Shown: positions 50,845-64,000 of the stretch, piece after piece
How positions within the stretch are numbered: position 1 is the first letter of the stretch
Layout: every line of letters begins with the position of its first letter
From: Sphyrna mokarran
Taxonomy: Eukaryota
Assembly: GCA_024679065.1 (NCBI GenBank)
Contig: JAGIQG010000001.1
Span: forward strand, 99,076,001-99,140,000
Length of the DNA: 64,000 nt
Direction of reading: 5' to 3'
Position numbers and translations under genes: made by a program
The notes under the pieces: model-generated
Database searches by the model: none
Told to the model about the DNA's origin: nothing
The model's input: the letters and a program-made list of their open reading frames with translations, nothing else

Positions 50845-51467
50845 CTGGATTTCACAGGACACCGCATTCCCCCCTTATCCACCACCTGCCCCGAACTAAA
50901 AAGTCAGGGGCAGTCTGTCAAGAATCTGATGGCTGTCCCACAGCAGTTTAACTCTGGGAACATCATCAATCGCTTAAAGGTGCGATTTCTGCTCCTAGGT
51001 CTTGCCTTGGAGAGCTGTTCACCAATCGGGTGGCCAGCAGCTCTGTCGCAATGGCTAGGAGAATAGTGAGACAGAAAGTAAGTGTGCAAGGTGACAATTC
51101 AGATTTGTGCCCAGTGTGTGAGCAATGAGGGGAAGAATGCTGGGGTCCACTAGGGCGTACAGTGGGAAGGTCCTGATGCCCTAATGCTGATGGACTGTGC
51201 AAGTATGGCAGCATGACAAACATGACAACGTCCCCAATGATGGGGGGTGGTGGGGGGGCACCTGATGTCCAAGAGGATGGTTCACTGTCAAATTGGGACC
51301 CCTGTGCAATGGCCCTCCAGTGCTCTGCAACTGTGTTCCTGCTGCATTTGGGCTTCACCCCTTCCCTGCCAGCGCAAAGCTTGAGTGCTGTAAGATTATG
51401 GTGCTGGCATGGAGGGCCCTGTTTTCATGCTGTTACGACACTTCGAATTTTGGGGGGAAAATTTCAC
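50845..51467. mobile_element. Degenerate GC-rich MITE-like relic
   Basis: Ends ctggatttc / gaaaatttcacc around a GC-rich interior. Confidence 0.4.
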
Positions 51468-52328
51468 CATAATCTTTCTATGACACCAGCAATCCTTTCA
51501 TTTTACTATCCAAACATTTCATTTTGTTCCAGCACATTGGCAATTTAAAATTCTACCTATTCACTCAAAAACATTTCCTCATTAGTAACAAATCAAAAAC
51601 AGCACAGCTCTGCAATGCAAAACATTTGCAAAAGCCAGCCTTGACACAGAGAAGTGCAAAAATTTGGGGATTGGGACTGAGTGGGCAGCAACTGATTAAC
51701 TACTGGTCAAAATCTCTGCCATCACATATTGAATTACTGTTCAATGGTTCCAAGGCTTCCTGAAAACCCAAGCATGTAATTCAGTTAAACAGCTTTTACA
51801 TCTTCCCTTCTGACTTCAGTGGAAATAAAATAGGAAAAGGTATAAAAACTGTTGCTGATTTGTGCCCCCCCCCCGCCAAAATGACACCATCCTAGTGTAT
51901 AAGAAAATATCCTTTAAGAATTTGTTTAACAGGGACAACTCAGCCTTCGTAGCCTCTACCATTACACTTTCCCAGGGCTGTTCTCTCTGGGTGGAAATGA
52001 ATGGTCCTAACTTGGTAGCAATGGATGGATGTAGGGAATCCTATTGTTTTCCTGTGTGAACTAAATTTGAAACACTGTTAACCAGACAGCACCTACTTAT
52101 CATCAAAACAGGAATGCAAGTGCGGTGTCAAGATTTTTCAGCTTCGTTTTGACACTGGGCAAAAAGATGTCGGAAATCACGTGGCAACACTTTGGTAAAA
52201 CGACAGATCAGAAGCTGGAACCTTTGGCTAATTCACATTCCAGTTTTGTTAATTTTATGTATACATATTGCCAGGGCAAGAGGTTACATGTGGGTTTCAT
52301 ACCATAACAACATGCAAACAATTCGTTA

Positions 52329-52475
52329 TACAATTGCGTAACTGTAAATTACGCATAGATATTGTGAAGTGCACATTTTATATTTGAAATAATTGTCTTT
52401 CTAAAATGATATAAAAATGAATTTGCAACATATATGTATATATAACAGTCTATAATTTACAGTTACACAATTGTA
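52329..52475. repeat. 23-bp inverted repeat (1 mismatch) around an AT-rich ~100-bp spacer
   Basis: tacaattgcgtaactgtaaatta (52329-52351) / taatttacagttacacaattgta (52453-52475). Confidence 0.9.
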
Positions 52476-55400
52476 AAATATTTAGTTATTTATGGAAGCC
52501 AAACGTTCAATTAATCTTTGCTCTCTCAACTCCCACATCAATCCGTTCCCCTGGAACTCAAAATTAATTCCCTGCTGTCTTGCTTCAACTAGAACAGAAA
52601 TAGTGTTTTGACAAATTATGTCACTTGGCTAGAATTTTGGGTGTGAAATTTCTTATCGTTGCCAGTCTCTCTGAGATCCAATTGGAAATTACTTCATATA
52701 TCAACACTCTAACACAGCCACTCACTTTCTTTCGAGAGACCTATAAAGTTTACAGGCTCGTGTAAGTCCAAAATTGACACTCTGTTGCCAGAGGGAAAAG
52801 GCTTTAAACTTAACACCTGTCACTGACAACCATCAACAATCCCCCTCTCTCACTTCTCTGACAACCCCCCTAATTGCTGAGGTTTGGTGAGAACAGAGGG
52901 AGGGAGAAGAAGGAGGCCTCACTGCCAAATTACCAACACTTTAAAACAATAAAAAAAACTCAATTTTTCTTGCAACCCATTAGCGACAAGGTCTTAAAAT
53001 GATGTAATTTCACAACTATAGCTTCTGCAGCAGCACACTGTTTACAACAGTGGTGGGAAACTGCACCAGAGGTTTGTTTTGAAAAGCGAGTATTAAAAAG
53101 GAAGGCTTTGAAAGTGGGACGAAGTTTGTGCGAGTTACACTCCATTCAGGTTGTTTTCATTCACTCCCAGAGTTTTTCCTTTATTCTTTTGGAAGACAGC
53201 AATGTTCTCAGCCATTAGTGGAGCCCAGCTGCAGACAGACTTAGCCATGCTAATCCAGTCAGTTGCCGTCTGACACATCAGTGCAAGACATGGAGTTCCT
53301 TATAATAGGTAGAGAGGAGGCAACCACTCCAAACTCAGAGTAACTAACATTGACGGTTACTTCAGACAAAAAAATAATAATCTGAAAGGAGGGGACTGAA
53401 CATTTACAGACTTAAAAAAAAGTCAATTAACCAAATTGTAGAAGTAGGTCATGATTATCTTTTTTCTAGAGAGGAGAAATATGTTTTCCTATTGAGACAA
53501 CCTTTTTTGATCTACCATGCTTGTTAGAGACTTCCTTTCATTTACGTTGCCCTATCTAGAGGATATGTATTTTAATGTGGAGTACAAATAACAAAGTTCC
53601 TTTAAAAAACATTCAGACAGTTACAAGGTATTATTACCTCAACATTCTTGTCTTTGTGTAACTCTTGTTTCAAAAGAACACAAAAACTGAAAGTGCGGAA
53701 GTTAGCGTGACAAGCTTCCATTTCAAAAGGGCAGACATGAACCCAAACTAAGCCAATGAAGAATAGCAAACGAAAATCAAGTCTGATCCTCTCAAAGGAT
53801 GGAAAGGTTACCTCAAAAAGAAACCAATTACTTTTGCTGTTACATTGACGGGGCTTTGTTTAGGCTCAGGTCATAATCTATTATTGTCCACAGCCAGTGT
53901 AGGTCTCACTGGGCCTATTAGGAGTGCCTTGGACAGAAAAGAAGCCTAAGTTGTTACCAGTCACACCCCAAAGTCATTCGCTGGCTTAAGAAATGTCTAG
54001 CTCCCATCCAACAGGCAATTTGTCAGGAAATCTTTGTCACAAATTCACTGGAACCTGTACCACCGCATATTCCACCCATCTCAGCATAAGCTACACTGAA
54101 ACTCTGCCTGTTACTGGCTAAAATTACCACCTTCCAAGAATTAGATGAATGGATAGCATAATTCCCCAAGTTCCATTAACATATTAAGAGAAAGGAAATA
54201 TCAATTATAAAAGGAAAAATTAATCAGTTTTTTTTTCCAAATGAATTCTGTCCAACCTTTGTGACATCTCCAGGAAATGATTTCATTTTGGAGCATATGA
54301 ATTTAATCAATGTATTTAGGTTTGATAAGAATACAGTTTTTGTGTGGTCCCCCACAGCCATCAGCTACAAAGCAAATAAATGTTAATTGTTATTTAAGAC
54401 CCAAGGTGTGCTTGCCCCTAAGGTGTACACTACATCTGCAAAGTGATTGTTTTAATTGTGAACTGAGAGAAGATTGCAGAGCGGTTTTGCTATTCCAGCA
54501 GATGGGAATACTTGAACTATCCACCTGCAAATACCAGAGTGCACTTAACACCACTAGGGGTTCTTGCTCCCAACATTTTATTAACTTCAGCATAGCTAAA
54601 AGCATACCTGCCAGTCAGGTCACTGAACAAGTGACCACTTGGGATTGAAGTGATGAATAATGAGACACTTCCCGTGATAAAAAAAATCATAATTTACAAG
54701 TAGCTGACAAGCTTGCAGGCCTGGTAATCTGGGCAACCTGCTGCGCAGCATTCATCATAGCAACTGGGTCACCCATGACTTTTAGCTCCTGGGCTGCCTC
54801 TGCGCTGACCCTACAGGTGTTCGCCATTTGTTTCCCTGTCGGGCTGGCTGTTCTCCCGAATGCTTTCTGCGCGTCTGCAGCACCCTGTAATCATTCTCCT
54901 CTGAAGCAGCTTTCTACCTAGGAATTGTGACATTAATCTTGTGCTGGTAGTTTGGCTCTCCTGTCACAGGAGTCGAGCAGAGGCACACCACTCAACAGTA
55001 ATCACTGTCTACCCACATATACCACTTTCTACAAAGACAGTAACTCAAGTTAAACACTTTCTCAGCCGCTCTTAAAGCGCATGATGATTTCTCTGTTTGG
55101 TAAAGCCTCATTAGAATAATTATTACTGCTTGCTTCTTGGTGTCCATGAAACACATACAATAAGCTGATCTCCATCAGAGTGAGCTCCAAACAAAGTGAA
55201 TTAGATCAGAAGTAACGCATGTGTGTTCTGAAATGCCAGCATGTTCCAATCAAATGTTTACACTTTTTATTTTGTTCTAACCATGTTGATTATACTGAAG
55301 TATAGTGATTACCCTTTCACATGAAGGATTTCATTAAGGTCTGATGGTTTCTTATCTCTGTGAAAACTATGATAGCAAATGCGGGATTTTCATTTTGTTT

Positions 55401-58209
55401 TCTAGTTGTAGGTATTGCCAGGGTTTTGTTTGATACGTTCGTTCTGATGACTTTGAAAGCAGCATGGTGTGCTGATGCATACAGTTGTGCCTTATACCTG
55501 AAAAACAGATACTTGGCCAATGTGCCAGAATGCCCTTTCCACAGCATCAGTGGAACTGTAGAGGGGGGTTGCGAGGGTGGAATCTCACTTCTGAAAGGAC
55601 TCACTTTCCAGGGCACATTCTCAAGGTTTCTGCACGGTAGGATTTCGCAGACTTGCCAGAAAAGGTTATGCTGCAAAATTATCTCTTGGAAATCAGTGCT
55701 CTTGGGCATAGAGATTCTTTTTTAAAAAAAACAGAAACAACCATGCCGCAATAAGTATGAAACAGAATGTAAATTCACATCAGAATTTTAATGAACTGGG
55801 AACTCAGAATGACCTTACTACTTAGAATGTAGCATTCATTGGACCTGTTGGAATTTTACACATCTTTTACCAAAGTGTAGTTTTAAACATCTTTCCCTGC
55901 ATTTCTTTTCTTTGGCTTTCAAAAAAAACTAAATACAATTTAAAAATATGAAAATATTGCCATTGAAATGGGATGAGTTGCCTTCTTCTGCATAGCAACA
56001 ATTCTGTGCTTGTGATTCCAATAAACATCAGTATTTATGTAGCTAACGGTTGCACTTAATTGATGTTTAAAATGTTTTGTCCAGCCTCCAACCATTTGTT
56101 CTTTCAGAGTCAGGATTACCTGCTAAAAGAGAATGAAGTTGGATTGATGAAGACTGAGCCATGCCTATATATGACAGAGTTTCTGTATCCAAAAACCTAG
56201 GAGCTTTGAAACATCCCCAGAAACTTGGCACTCCTTGAAAAATGCAAGGGAAAGTATCCTGAAAAATACTGTGGAATTATTTTCAAAGTCTTGTGTGTTT
56301 AATCTGGAATGAAGGGAGCATCACAGCTTAACACAAACAGACCATGCAATTAGTCTGGTTGATTTCATCAGAAAAAAGATGATCTGAACAGAGACAAATA
56401 TACACTAAAATCCCCGACTCACAAACAAGAGGTTTTGATAACAATCTGATCTCATCAGAAATTCTGATAAATTGGCTCTGTGGTTGTTATATAGAGGAGA
56501 TAAAGGTGCAGAGGTCATCAGCACGCACAATACAAGTATTGAGGTTGAAGGATCATTGCAAAACTCTGCAGCACTCAGAACAGAAAGCCCTACTACCACA
56601 AGCTGGACTAACTGCAGTCCAGATGGTGTAGTACTCCACACTCCAGAGACTGAGCAAAGAACACATCAAAGCAGGCAAAGATTATATTGACATCTGTTCA
56701 GACATGTCAATAACAGTCACAAAGCATTCAGTAATGACCCCTTAGATAGTTGGAGGAGAGTGAATTAGTGCTGCCTATATAGCAATTGTCCTGAGAGGCT
56801 TGATTGGGATTGGGATAGATAACAGCTACTTGGGATCTACAGCTGAATCATTTTCCTTTCACTCCACTGCCACCTTTTACAAGTCAGCTATTAGAGGCAA
56901 AACCTTCTCTTAACAAAAACTTGCCGTCAACATGGTCCAGTAGGCAACCTGTTCTAGCAGTATACAACTACAAAAGGAACACTAAGGCCTTTAATATACA
57001 GCCCAGGCATTTCATTTTGGCAGGGTGCAGGGGGAGGGAGAGGAGGGAGGTTGAAAAGCATGGGGCGGAGAACTGGCAGTCATGAATTTCAACAACTTAC
57101 TCTGCTGTCCTCTTTGCATCTGGTTGATGACTCTGTGCGTGAAAGCATTTGAAAGAAAGCAATCTCTGTAGTGACTGGTTAAAGAGATGTTAACAGACGA
57201 GGCTTTTGTGCAATTTGCTAAACACGTGTGATTATCTATCCCCTCTGTGCACTGGTGCTGCTTTGGTAGAACATGCACCCATGAGTGGGGAAGTGGTGGG
57301 GGAGCAAACACACAAGGTGCCCAAGAGCTGCTAGTCTGAAGCAAAGAAGGAAAGAGACCAATCTGGGCGTGCAACCTTGGTGGACCTGGTGAAGCACTTT
57401 TTGCAGCAATAACTCAAAAACTAGCTACAAAAATTACCAGCTTCCACACAGCCAATTAGCCACAAGGAGGTGCATGCCTCTGACTGAATCACACAGGTCG
57501 CATAGGGAAGTATTTTCTGTGGGATGAAATGATGTTGTGCAACATTATGTGTATGAAGGAATTTACATGAACACGTTAACTATTTGGAATCTGGTATTTG
57601 TGATTCCTACCCCCACCACTGGCCACCACATTTCTTTTTAATAATTGTTTTGCTGAATTTTGTGCTCATCAAGTTGCAATAACTTTGTGCTAGGATTGTG
57701 TAAAACCTGCCTTTCTCAGGCACTCTAAGGGTTAGGGAGGGGGTGAAGGGTGGGGGGAGAGAGGAAAAGAGGGCGAGAATAAGGGAGGCTAAAATTCTTT
57801 TCATTGAAAACTTTAGTGAAAATGTCAGCATGAGTACAGAATGGCAAATTCTGTTTTGTAGCCATGGCAACTTTTTGTTAAATTTCCTTGACAGGACGAA
57901 GGTCGACCTTCACCAGCACAACCCTCCCACCTCCCTTACCCAGGTCAGCATGGAGCTCTCCTTGGGTCATACATTCCATCATTTCAGTAAAAAGAGTTAA
58001 TAACTCCATTCTTTAGAGGGCTTAACGACCGCCAATCAAAATGATGCACATGCAAAACTTTCTTGCCAATGCTTTTGTGAAATTCAAATTCATCAGCAAG
58101 AACAAAAGAGAACCTGCCAATCACAACATGCATGCAATCAAGCTACATTCACACCCCTGAAGCAGCTCAATTGCCACTTAACAGGTACAAGTGATGGAAA
58201 CTTTAATAA

Positions 58210-58625
58210 TCCATCCATGGCAGTTGCAAAACTTGCAGGACAAGTGAGCAAATGACAAATTAATTTCAGAATATTCAATAGAAAAGTTGCGCATTTTGGT
58301 CGGAGGAATAATGAGACTACACACCTATCTCTTAAAAAATAAAAATCTAATGGACAGAAGAGTAAGCGCATCGAGAGCTACATATTCACCAATCATCAAA
58401 AGTAGCAATGCAGGTTAACAAGTCTATAAGCAATGCAAATCAAGAACTGGGATTCATTTCTTGAGGAATTCTTCAAAATGCAGGTAACCCCTTAAAACCC
58501 TCCAGTCAGAGTTCAGTAAAGTTGTCTATTCCTCATCAGAGTGTGTTAGTTTTTATTACAAAGCACTTGAATTATAAGCATGAAGAAGTTTTATTGCACC
58601 TAGGTAGGACCTTGGTGAGCCTGCA
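58210..58625 (+). mobile_element. Heavily decayed CR1 RT fragment
   Basis: gcattttggtcggaggaat (HFGRRN), atgcaggttaacaag, ggaccttggtgagcc (LVRP-like). Confidence 0.6.
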
Positions 58626-59761
58626 GCAGGAGATTTTTCACCAGAGCGGACGGCCTTGCCATTGCAGCACAAATTCCAGAAAAGGCCAAAGTTTCTAATC
58701 CCAGCGTCTGAACCCAGCGTTTCCAATCTTCATAGGGGCAGGAGTGGAGTGGGGCAAGGGTTTGCATATGCAAGTTTCATGGATATAGCTAGCTATTTAA
58801 TCGCCAGCTGCCTCCACTGAAGTGGGATTTGGTAGGCCAAGATTGTGCAACCCAGACAGTGCAAATTAGAACAGGTAAGATCGGGTCTGATTTTGGTGGA
58901 TTCTTATGGATAGCCAAGGTAACCCGTTTGTAGAGATAAGGCATCCCTTTGGATATGGTTACAGGACATCTTTAGGAAAGGTAAGACACCTTTTGAAATT
59001 GTTAAAAGTTAATGTGATTTTCACACAAACTCATTGGAACTGTCTAAGGAAGTATCAAAGCTGAGAAGGAAGTGTCCAAGAATACCAGCTGAATTGGCAG
59101 GGAAAAAAAGCAAAGGGTGGTGGGTGAGCTTAACATGGGTTGTCATGAGTTGGCACTGATTTGGCATGGGGGTATGAGTTGCCATAACTGCTGGGTCAGC
59201 ATAGGAAGGCTTGTCAAACCTTTTTAAATTGGGACAGGGGAATATTTTTCTCGCTCAGGTGAGCAGCTTTCGGAAAGCTGCATGAATTTCAAAAAAATAT
59301 TGACTATGAAGAAGCAACTTATGAAGCAAAAATGAAGCACTGTCAAAGCAATAAATTGATCTTCAAAAAAGAATAGTTAATCAAAGGACCATTAGCGTCT
59401 AAGAAGGTCAGAGCGTGTGCATCTGGCTCACTCTCAGTCTCAAGATACTTACTCACTCGCTGTCAATTAACACCACTGGAAGAAGGTGGAGCTTTGATGT
59501 AGTAATGTTGAGGCACCTCCCAGAGCCTCAGTGTAAGCTACACCTTTCTCTTCCACCCAATAAATTTCAGAGCCTTTTCTTGGACCTATAGCTGGATGCA
59601 CTCTGTGAACCTGTGCACAGGTCCTGACTTAGAAAACATTTTGCTGCTAACATCCTTCCCCATTTTACTGACAGACAATGCAGGTTACCTGGTCTAATCA
59701 GTCCCTGAATCCAGTGTTAGAAAGTTACTGAGAAGCAGTTTCCTCCACCGTAATGCTACTT

Positions 59762-59783
59762 ACACACACACACACACACACAC
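59762..59783 (+). repeat. (AC)n microsatellite
   Basis: About 11 AC units. Confidence 0.95.
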
Positions 59784-62606
59784 AGAGATTCACCTGTACA
59801 CGGATAACATATTTCATGCCAACAAGTTAGATTTACAGAGAAAGGAGAGAGAATTGTCATGCTCAATTCCCATCCATACCAGATCCACAGGATAAAACAA
59901 TGGAACAGATCTGGAACACTAAATACAACACACACAACGAACATGTGCAGCTAATATTTGGAGTCTTTTACTGTCCGTGTCTAAATACTAAGTATATTTA
60001 GATGCCCATATTGCTTTATGATAGCAATAATAGAGCTGGTCTGGGCAGATTCCAAAGCCCGGAGGCAATTGCTTAGCTTGGATGAAGGTTAATAGATTTA
60101 CAGATTCCAGTCCTTACTAGAAAATTGCTAAATTCATAAGAAATCATTGGTACACACTTAATGGAATTATGTTTCAGTGCTGGCGGCTAAACAAATAACT
60201 TACAGCCACTTCCGTTTTGGTTTTGATTCATTAAGTGGAGTTGGGATGCTAAGGTCACCGAGGTCAAGGATCTTTGGCTTAAACCTGGGTTTCTTCTGTT
60301 CTGCATGGTTCAATACAACAACATGCCATAAGGTCATTTTGCTCTCACATCCCATGATGTTCTTACTTTAATATACAGCAGTGTCAAAAATAGCCAGACA
60401 AATTATTTATTTTCTCATTCTGCATTTTAAGCAATTCAGGTTTTGAGGGTAGGGGTAAAAAGAGCTTTGGACAACATGGAGTTTTAGAAAATAATGAGAA
60501 GAATCAGTAATTAGGTATACACAGCTACCCCTGCAGATATCTTTAGTTTAGTTGGGGCCTCTTAGATGTTGGAGTACCTCTTTTGCTCAGTACTTAACTC
60601 TTTTCTATACCCTATACAACAGCCATTGTACCCTAAGCACGCACCTGTGTCATTTTTTTGAAAACATGCATTATGTTGCCGAGCTGCGCTGTACATAAGT
60701 TATTTTTCTTGCGTCAATGATGAAGTGCATGACATCTCTAAACAATATCAGAAAGTACCAATATAGGCAGGCAGCAGTAATTCTAGCAAATGACCACCTT
60801 CCTTTTAACACACTCTGCTTCTCACCTGCAGAGCTGTAAAGAGGTCAAATTGAAGGACAATAGAGACAAGGAATTGACAGAAATGAAGCCTCACAATCTT
60901 ACCTCCATTGGGCAACTAACTAATGAAGGCAATGTCAAAAGCCATCCCATCTCACTCAACAGAATAAAAGAACGAAAATGAGAACAATTCAAAGCAGCTT
61001 TTCACAAAAAGGATGCTGATTTGATGTACAAATGCCTTGTCTAGCTTTCAATTTTCTCCCACATAACTCCTGACTGTTACAACCTGCAAACTGAGAACTG
61101 CTCTGCTCGTGTTTCATTACATTTCTGCACTTAATGTTACTTTTTTTAAATCCTACATGCTGAATGCAGCCAAAATAGCATTTTACAGTAAAAAGGCTTT
61201 ATTAACACTGTGACATGATGACCTGGGTTGATTTTGTTTTGGTCTATTAGCATGTCAAACAGATAAAACTCCCTAATAGCTACTGTTGTTTCTGCCTAAG
61301 TGATTTTAAATGCACTATTAAGCTGCATTAAATTGAAGGTGCCTGGATTGTTTAGCAAATCAGGGCCAGCTTTACTGGTTTCATCCAAGCTTATCCATCA
61401 ACATGCCTCAACACTGCACAGTCAGTTTTCAACTGATCTGTTACTTACCACTGTGCTGTAACATGCTTACAGCCAGTGCTTTATTTGTCCTTTTTTCCTA
61501 CAGTTCAGTTTTGGCTACGGCCATGCATTCTGGGTAAAAGCCATTCACTTTTCACATTTGACCAGCACATTGAATCAGTGGTTTCCAGAGGAGAAAAGCA
61601 CAGATCAAACAGAACGGCCCAATTGCTTAACATATGTCTCTCCACTTAAACCAAGCTTCTCAACTTATTTGATATACTCTAACTTTGTACTGTGTATCTG
61701 ACTGTAGATATAACCCGAGAGTTTATCTCACCCCTGAGAGTAGTGATATTCAACAATATCACACTGCTAAATACAGCATAGAATGGACAGGTATTTGATG
61801 CTGAGCATGTAGATTACAGTGACATCTAAACTCCAATATGGAAATGAATGCACAATTAGATATTCCGAGCACTGTTACTTCACAGGTTAAAGAACCATTT
61901 TCATTAAACAGGTACATAAAATTCACACGCAAAACGATCTACCCTTTCCCATATCTGGAGCTTTTTACTTGGCTAATCAGTGTCAAACTCCCCAAATCTA
62001 AGCACTGACAAATCATGGAAGAACAGCTGCAGCTTTTTTTTTGTCAATTTTCCTCAATTGAGCAATTAAAGATTTTTTTCTCTCTTATAACCTGAGGAAG
62101 AAGTAAAATTGTGAATGTCTGCTGTGGTGGATTAACTATGTTATTATCAACTCCCTCTTCTCCTTTTCTAATAGTCGAGTGTGTTATTAACATAACTCTA
62201 AAAAGGCTTTCAGCTGTTTCCCAAACAATCAACGGGAGTTCCTGCTGTTAGCTCTCTCAACCTTGACAATACAGAATTAGAAAGAGACAGTAACCAGTCC
62301 CCCAACTATTACATAACCCCCCACACCCCCACCCTCATTCTTCAAAGAACACAGTAAACCCTTTGCTCCTGTTCACTGTCAAATATTCTCAAAGTCTACA
62401 TTTCCGTTCTTTTACAAGTACATCAACTGTTCAATGTCTGTTCATGGTCTGCTATTTCTGCAGTCCCCTGGTGGCTCTAGTAGTAAATAGCCCAGGAATA
62501 CTGAACAGGAGAATCCTAGATTCAAACTTTAATTTATTCTGACTTACAAAGGTAGGTATGCTACAACTGTCTCATTATTTATGAGTAGGAGGAAGAGAGT
62601 ATGTCT

Positions 62607-63130
62607 GTCAGCTGTGGCTCAGTTGGTAGAACTTGCATCTCTGAAGTCAAAAGACTCAAGTACCAGAATTTTACGTCCTGTCCGCTATGGGAATCAGAGC
62701 ATGTGAGGGGTTGCCATGGAAAGGTCCATTGACCTTGGGTAGGATTTTATAGTTTTGAGACAAGTGAGGCCATAATATTCCGCCTATGGACTTGTGAGAA
62801 AAATCTAGATGAACCCTCAGTACCGTAGTTAGAGAGTATTGCACTGTCAAAGATACTGCCTTTTGGAAGAGATATTATACTGTTTGCTCTCTCAGGTGGA
62901 TATAAAAGATCCTAGGGCACTATTTCGAGCAGGGAGATATCATGATATCCTGGACAACATTTATCGCAGTCAACAACTGATGCTTTTGCCTGCAGGCTCT
63001 GTAGCCACTATTACATTGTGTAATTTGGTTGCTGTGTTTCCTGCATTACAATGACAATATTTCAAAAGCACTTCACTGGCTGCAAATGCTTTGGGATGTC
63101 CAGGCGCTACATAACAACCAGTCTCTCTTT
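62607..63130 (+). mobile_element. SacSINE1/DeuSINE-like SINE interrupted by a MITE
   Basis: Head gtcagctgtggctcagttggtag; body caggtggatataaaagatcc..gcactatttcg; tail gctttgggatgtcc..ggcgctacataa. Confidence 0.8.
62663..62784. mobile_element. ~120-bp MITE inserted in the SINE head
   Basis: ccagaatttt / aatattccgcc ends; reverse complement of the 3971-4096 family. Confidence 0.7.
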
Positions 63131-64000
63131 TACTGCCAAGTTTGCTATTTCAGAATACAATGCAGCAGTCCTATATCCAGTGTGCTTATTTAGAGAGAGC
63201 AGGTTTGTTTCTCCTTGTTTCCCACCCACCGCTCCCCAGGCCCTCTCCACCACCCCCAGTCAAATACCAACTGACACAAACTATCAAAGGTCCTACTGAA
63301 ATAACGTTTGTTTAGATGACATACTGGCGCATGACCAGCATTGACAGCAGAATATCAATTTCATACATTGCGCAATTAACTGACTTCACAATCTGGGTCT
63401 TTATAGTACAACCACGTTTTGCTAAACAAAAACACATTTGATATACAATTGGTGGCTCATTTCTAGTTTCAGAGCAGGTTTGTGTTATCCTATAGTATAT
63501 TTATCATAACAATTGTTTGTTAGAAAATCAATAAAAGCCTGCAACAAAGATGATAAAAAACCTGGTACCTCTGGAAACAGATGTGAGCACCAGTTCTCCT
63601 TCCCCTAGTATGAAAGGAACATCAGAAAATTGGACCATCACACAAGCCTTAGAAACCTTTCATCTCACTCTGCCCTTCCTAAGAATTACTTTGTGCAACC
63701 TTTCCCGTGAAAATGTATTGCTCGGCAGCAGTGATAACTTACATTCATTTAGTCAGGAGTAAGCATTTCAATGAAAAGGAAGCAACAAAGCATGTTCACT
63801 GAATATAGACATGTCAGGCTCATGGAGGGCAAACCCACACAGGTTCTATATGCCCCCATTATGCACTGCCAACCAACAACTCACATTTGTGGTAATTGTA
63901 ATTTGGCCAGTTATATACACTGTATTAGCATCCAAGGGTTAATGCCAAGGGAGAAGATTGTTTAAAAATTCACATTACCAAAGAGGATTACATTGCATCT

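Noticed and set aside
55444-55460. ctgatgactttgaaagc as a hammerhead core
   Set aside because: No stem II, no U-H site after GAAA and no PLE context.
55317-55725. Overlapping 130-aa and 121-aa ORFs on opposite strands
   Set aside because: No recognisable motif and no consistent acceptor/donor pair; non-ATG starts.
56405-56641. ORF with a signal-peptide-like N-terminus
   Set aside because: The start codon is GTG, with no splice support or recognisable domain.

Overview
AT-rich, CpG-depleted vertebrate genomic DNA, almost certainly from a shark (elasmobranch). This is inferred from the repeats: HE1/V-SINE-type and SacSINE1/DeuSINE-type tRNA-SINEs, HER1/CR1 LINE fragments, Penelope-like elements (PLE) and short GC-rich MITEs. 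I recognise no intact host protein-coding gene. Every ORF with a recognisable product is a decayed reverse-transcriptase fragment, so the window looks like intergenic sequence or a very large intron with several enhancer-like unique blocks. The most interesting structure is a set of three tiny PLE-derived insertions with target-site duplications (TSDs) and minimal hammerhead-ribozyme motifs, one with a complete core (46925-46964), in the same window as a PLE RT relic. Also notable are a 514-bp ancient fold-back, a perfect 18-bp hairpin, an exact 25-bp locally templated duplication, nested transposon stacks, and a speculative minus-strand exon chain with an in-frame C-x-x-TGA. Repeat family names come from recalled consensus patterns, not database searches, and repeat boundaries are approximate.
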